A DNA stretch of 31,573 bases from a bacterium (GTDB lineage Bacteria > UBP18 > UBA7526). Positions within the stretch are counted from its first letter, which is position 1, and each line of letters begins with the position of its first letter. Location: contig DRGV01000054.1 of assembly GCA_011049955.1 (NCBI GenBank), positions 1-31,573 of the forward strand. Reading direction: 5' to 3'. The notes below the pieces were generated by a model. The model was not told the DNA's origin. It ran no database searches and worked only from the letters and a program-made list of their open reading frames with translations. The position numbers and the translations under genes were made by a program. Shown one piece after another: positions 27,779 to 31,573 of the stretch.

Positions 27779-28321
27779 CTATCTACCACACTCACCTGTT
27801 TCCCCTTTTAATATTTCAATTCCGTGCTTCAGTGCTGGTAGAATAACCTCAAGGTTTTCTCTAACGGCCTTGGGGCTTCCTGGCAGGTTAACGATGAGGC
27901 TCTTCTTTCGTGTTCCCACTATTGCTCGGGAAAGCATGCTGAAGGGGGTCTTCTCCAATCCCTTTATTCTCATAGCTTCTACGAAACCAGGTACTTCCTT
28001 CTCAATTACCTCTTTCGTTGCCTCTGGAGTAACGTCTCTTGGCCCAATTCCTGTTCCTCCACTGGTCAGGATCAGATCTATACTGTCTTTATCCACCCAC
28101 TCTTTTAATCTTCTACAGATTATCTCTTTTTCATCGGGTATAATTTCATACTTGATAACTTGATAGATTGCCTGCCCCGTAGGAGTCTGACCGCCTCTGG
28201 CGGACGGACGACTTTTCGGGGGTAGTTTAGAAATTATTTTCCTGATTGCTGGACCGCTCTCATCCTTCCTCTCTCCCCGTGAAGCCTTATCACTGATAAC
28301 TAATATCCCTACTTTAATCAT
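27779..28321 (-). CDS. mog: Molybdopterin adenylyltransferase, MogA/MoaB family, with an insertion
   Basis: ILVISDKASRGER.DESG, IIPDE, LILTSGGTGIGPRDVTPEAT, LSRAIVG, VNLPGSPKAV. Confidence 0.9.
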   Translation of the reverse strand: MIKVGILVISDKASRGERKDESGPAIRKIISKLPPKSRPSARGGQTPTGQAIYQVIKYEIIPDEKEIICRRLKEWVDKDSIDLILTSGGTGIGPRDVTPEATKEVIEKEVPGFVEAMRIKGLEKTPFSMLSRAIVGTRKKSLIVNLPGSPKAVRENLEVILPALKHGIEILKGETGECGR

Positions 28322-28339
28322 GTTTACTCCTTAAAGAAT

Positions 28340-28522
28340 TCAATGATTAGAATGGATTAGTAGGGAATAGCACGGAAATCTTTAAATCACAAGCACCAAA
28401 TCACAAATCACAGACAATATACAATGACCAAATGACCGAAATTACAAATACTGGTTTTGGACATTGTAATTTTGAATTTGTAATTTGTTTGGGATTTGGA
28501 ATTTGTTATTTGGAATTTACCA
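28340..28522. repeat. cacgga arm plus a second caaat/atttg palindrome
   Basis: Homologous to 3950-4110 in inverted orientation (39/40 nt block). Confidence 0.88.
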
Positions 28523-28529
28523 ATCCCTA

Positions 28530-29006
28530 CTAGTCCCTTCTGACGAAGGTTCCGCTCTTTCCTCCGGTCTTCTTAAGTAACTTCACATCTGAGATGACCA
28601 TTCCCCTATCTACTGCCTTGCACATATCGTAGATGGTTAAGGCACTGATACTTGCTGCTATTAAGGCCTCCATCTCCACCCCAGTCCTTCCCAGACACTT
28701 CACCTTTGAAATTATTTTGATTCTATTCTTTCCTTTTAAGTCAAAAGTAATATCGATATTGCTGATTTCCAAGGGATGACACATGGGAATGAGTCCACTT
28801 GTCCTTTTGGCAGCCATGATTCCCGCCACTTTGGCCACAGATAAGACATCCCCTTTTGCCATTTTACCCTCTTTGATCATCTTTAGAGTCTCAGGCTTCA
28901 TAATGACATCCGCAGAAGTTATTGCCTCTCTTTTGGTTACTTTCTTCCCACTGACATCTACCATCTTAGCCCTTCCCTCTCTATCAAAATGCGTTAATTG
29001 TCCCAT
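28530..29006 (-). CDS. moaC: Cyclic pyranopterin monophosphate synthase MoaC
   Basis: [60 protein letters not shown] aggagg. Confidence 0.97.
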   Translation of the reverse strand: MGQLTHFDREGRAKMVDVSGKKVTKREAITSADVIMKPETLKMIKEGKMAKGDVLSVAKVAGIMAAKRTSGLIPMCHPLEISNIDITFDLKGKNRIKIISKVKCLGRTGVEMEALIAASISALTIYDMCKAVDRGMVISDVKLLKKTGGKSGTFVRRD

Positions 29007-29062
29007 TCCCTACCTCCTAAAACCCGTGCTCATCCGTAAAGAATCCGTACTCATCCGTGTTT

Positions 29063-30058
29063 TCAGCCTCCTATCTTAGACATAACCTGATTATTTCCTT
29101 TAATGGAATGCTTCTCTGGTTTATTCTTTAAGGCCTTCTCAAATAGTTCCCTGATTTCCTTGCTACCTGCTCCGCTTCGTAGAGACCTCTTAATATCTAC
29201 TCCATAATCTGAGAAGAGGCAGGGATATAATCTTCCATCCGCTGTTAACCTTAAGCGATTACAGGTAGCACAGAAATGCTCACTCATAGGCGTTATAAAA
29301 CCAGTGGTCCCCAAAGATTTTTCAAACTTAAAAGACTTCGCTGGTCCCACTCCCCTCACTTGAGCCGGAATTAATTCTCCCAATTCTTTTAGTCCTTCTT
29401 TAACAGTAGAAGCGGAAACAAACTCAAAAGATGATTTCTGCGCCTTTGCGTTTGATTCTGCGCCTTTGCGGTTGCAAAAAGGCATATATTCAATGAATCT
29501 AATATGCAATGGTCGATCCAGGCTCATCCGGGCAAAGTCCAAAACCTCATCATCATTTATTCCCTTCATAACCACAACATTTATCTTCACTGGCTCAAGG
29601 CCCCTCTTCAATGCTTCCTCTATCCCATCTAAAACAAGAGATAGTCTTTCCGCCCTGGTAATGCGATTAAACTTATTGGCATCCCGACTATCCAGACTAA
29701 TATTTATCCTCTGCAGCCCGGCATTCTTTAAATCCCGGGCATAATCTTTTAAGAGGATCCCATTTGTAGTCATGCTCAAATCGCTAACTCCTTTAAGATT
29801 AGCAAGCATCTCTACTAAATAGACCACGCCCTTTCTCACTAAAGGCTCACCACCAGTAATCCTGACCTTATCAATCCCCCAATCTATACCATACCTTACT
29901 ATCTCTTTTACCTCCTCAAACCTCAGGATATCCTCATGTCTTAAGGGTTTAATCCCTTCGGAAGGCATGCAGTAGATGCATCTCAGATTGCACCTATCGG
30001 TAACAGAGACTCTTAAATAACTAATCTTCCGATTATATCTGTCAATTAATCCTTTCAT
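29063..30058 (-). CDS. moaA: GTP 3',8-cyclase MoaA (radical SAM)
   Basis: YLRVSVTDRCNLRCIYC, RITGGEPL, TTNG, RFIEYMP, FCATCNRLR..PCL, C-terminal IGG. ATG at 30058 overlaps the upstream stop (ATGA). Confidence 0.97.
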   Translation of the reverse strand: MKGLIDRYNRKISYLRVSVTDRCNLRCIYCMPSEGIKPLRHEDILRFEEVKEIVRYGIDWGIDKVRITGGEPLVRKGVVYLVEMLANLKGVSDLSMTTNGILLKDYARDLKNAGLQRINISLDSRDANKFNRITRAERLSLVLDGIEEALKRGLEPVKINVVVMKGINDDEVLDFARMSLDRPLHIRFIEYMPFCNRKGAESNAKAQKSSFEFVSASTVKEGLKELGELIPAQVRGVGPAKSFKFEKSLGTTGFITPMSEHFCATCNRLRLTADGRLYPCLFSDYGVDIKRSLRSGAGSKEIRELFEKALKNKPEKHSIKGNNQVMSKIGG

Positions 30059-31572
30059 TTTAAACTCTCTAAAAGAGTTCTTGCTTCTGAGATATGGGGA
30101 CAATACTTCTGAGAAAGTAAAAGCGCTTCTCTTGCCTCTTTCTCCTTCCCTTTCCGAAATAATAGCAGAGCCTGGAAGTAATAATGGTAGCCCTCCATGA
30201 CCCTTCTATAGAAGTCATCCGTCCCTTGTCCCAGCTCCTTGAATATTTTCTCATCAAAGAGGGGATGATATTCTCTAATCTGAATCCCTTTCTCTTTTCC
30301 TATATGATAGATGCGATAGAAGTAATTTTCATATACTAAGGTAAAGTTCTCTAATTTCTCAGGGGCAAAGTGAAGCCTGTAGGCTGCCCAGTTCTCATCT
30401 AAATCCATCCTATTGGCCACATACCTATAGGACATTAAAGGATCGGTTCGTAGGAGTTGATCGCCACGATAGATGAGATAATCCACCTTATATTCCTTGC
30501 AGAGGTCTACTAAATCCTTTTCCTTCTTAAAGAGAGCCAGAACGTACTTTTTGTAGGCTTCTCTTATCCCGGACTCAAAGTAACAGTGAAGAACGCTTGG
30601 CCTATTGCTATAAGCTGCGATCTGTGGAGAAAGAGAGAGGGGAACGAGAAAGGCATCTTGAGGCTCGGTATTCTCCCTTATCCAAAAAAGGACCTTTCTT
30701 ATTGCCAATCTATTGCCACTGGGAGGAAACTCCAGTGGCCTTATTCCTACCTTTAGCATCCCCTTTACCAGAAAGGAATTTTGCCAGGAGAGGGTCTGAT
30801 AGATCTGGAAGGAGAGGCCAATTAAGAGTAGAGAAAGGATAAGAATCCTTGAGAGACGCTCCCTGGCGAGAACAAATAGATAGGCGATGAAAATGACTAA
30901 GAAAAAGATGAAGAAGGTCTTAAGTTTATAGAACAGAAGATAACAGCCGAAAAAGGCAAAAAGAGCATAAAGGAGGAAACTGTTCTCCAGAGCAATCTTC
31001 TTCTGAAAGAGTCTTTTGAGAAAGGTAAAGACAGGATAAGAAGCCAAAAGAATGAGGACTAAAAACTCGTTCAAGAATCTAAAGAGAGTGGGCGAGAAAT
31101 AGGGAGGGGTCCAGTAGTGGCGGGCCTCAAAGGAAAGAAGAGAGGGATCAAGTGGTTTCACTCCCAGATATCTTATTTTATAGAGTACCGTCTGCCAGAC
31201 ATGGTTATACTGCCCGGTCCTGGGAAAGAGGAAAAAGAGACCTATTGCTATAACAAGAAAAAGGACTATACTTTCTACCCTGTTTCTCGCTTTTCCACCT
31301 GCCCATTTTCTTACTTTCCCACTTTCCCCTGTTTCCCCCTTTTTACGCCACTCTCTCCAGCCCCAGGAAGCAAGAAGAGAATAGGATAAGAGCATAGGAA
31401 GAGAAAAGATGAAGTAGTCTGTCCTTAAGCTTGTGGGAAGGACTAAGGCACCAACGAGATTAATCGCAGTAAAAAATCCCAGAGCCTGCATAGTCAGGTA
31501 GTATCTATTACTGAAGAGATAGACAAGGAAGATATAACCGAAGAGAATGAGGTAGTAGAACCGAGCCAGTTT
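30055..31572 (-). CDS. Polytopic membrane protein, GT-C glycosyltransferase superfamily (STT3/DPY19-like), 5' end outside the window
   Basis: Frame is open to the window edge (KLARFYYLILFG...). Many TM helices, then a soluble WIRENT..RPSVLH..Y.VDYLI..F.LVYEN domain and a TPR-like end. Confidence 0.6.
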   Translation of the reverse strand, partial: KLARFYYLILFGYIFLVYLFSNRYYLTMQALGFFTAINLVGALVLPTSLRTDYFIFSLPMLLSYSLLASWGWREWRKKGETGESGKVRKWAGGKARNRVESIVLFLVIAIGLFFLFPRTGQYNHVWQTVLYKIRYLGVKPLDPSLLSFEARHYWTPPYFSPTLFRFLNEFLVLILLASYPVFTFLKRLFQKKIALENSFLLYALFAFFGCYLLFYKLKTFFIFFLVIFIAYLFVLARERLSRILILSLLLIGLSFQIYQTLSWQNSFLVKGMLKVGIRPLEFPPSGNRLAIRKVLFWIRENTEPQDAFLVPLSLSPQIAAYSNRPSVLHCYFESGIREAYKKYVLALFKKEKDLVDLCKEYKVDYLIYRGDQLLRTDPLMSYRYVANRMDLDENWAAYRLHFAPEKLENFTLVYENYFYRIYHIGKEKGIQIREYHPLFDEKIFKELGQGTDDFYRRVMEGYHYYFQALLLFRKGKEKEAREALLLSQKYCPHISEARTLLESLK

Positions 31573-31573
31573 C

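Noticed and set aside
682-29062. CRISPR array interpretation of the repeats
   Set aside because: Units are 7-8 nt and tandem, with no 23-47-nt repeats separated by unique spacers and no cas genes.
30059-30103. N-terminal extension of moaA
   Set aside because: It overlaps the upstream gene; the ATGA-coupled start at 30058 fits the family N-terminus.
246-31389. Many antisense or alternate-frame ORFs of 60-155 aa
   Set aside because: They shadow well-supported genes, reflect the purine-rich coding-strand bias, and show no motifs.
1-31573. Taxonomic assignment
   Set aside because: Firmicute-like gene order with diderm-type lipoproteins suggests a deep-branching anaerobe, but it cannot be placed without marker phylogeny.

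Overview
A 31.6 kb bacterial chromosomal window of core and envelope genes: 26 supportable CDSs, 22 of them on the minus strand. I found no rRNA, tRNA, CRISPR array, transposase or prophage gene. Left to right: trxB (5'-truncated), cobO and a thiamine-binding-family gene on +. Then on -: suhB, tsaD, a divergent polysaccharide deacetylase, ctpA, envC, ftsX (no ftsE), four exported proteins (TolB-like propeller, two LPP20-like lipoproteins, a CsgG/TPR lipoprotein) and gatB. glnA lies on +, splitting gatCAB. Then on -: gatA, gatC, a TatD-PcrA fusion, metG, mutM, ricT, holB, mog, moaC, moaA and a truncated GT-C-like membrane protein. The most unusual property is a dense population of 7-8-nt-period tandem repeats and short palindromes. 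They fill most of the longer intergenic gaps as imperfect hairpins. They also sit in frame inside tsaD, gatA, gatB (twice), pcrA, mutM, holB, mog, moaA and the last ORF, and they encode much of two signal peptides. Other highlights: the TatD nuclease-PcrA helicase fusion, FtsX with a degenerate FtsE-coupling helix, a possible DPY19-like glycosyltransferase and a DnaA-box cluster. All family calls come from motif recognition by eye; no database search was run.
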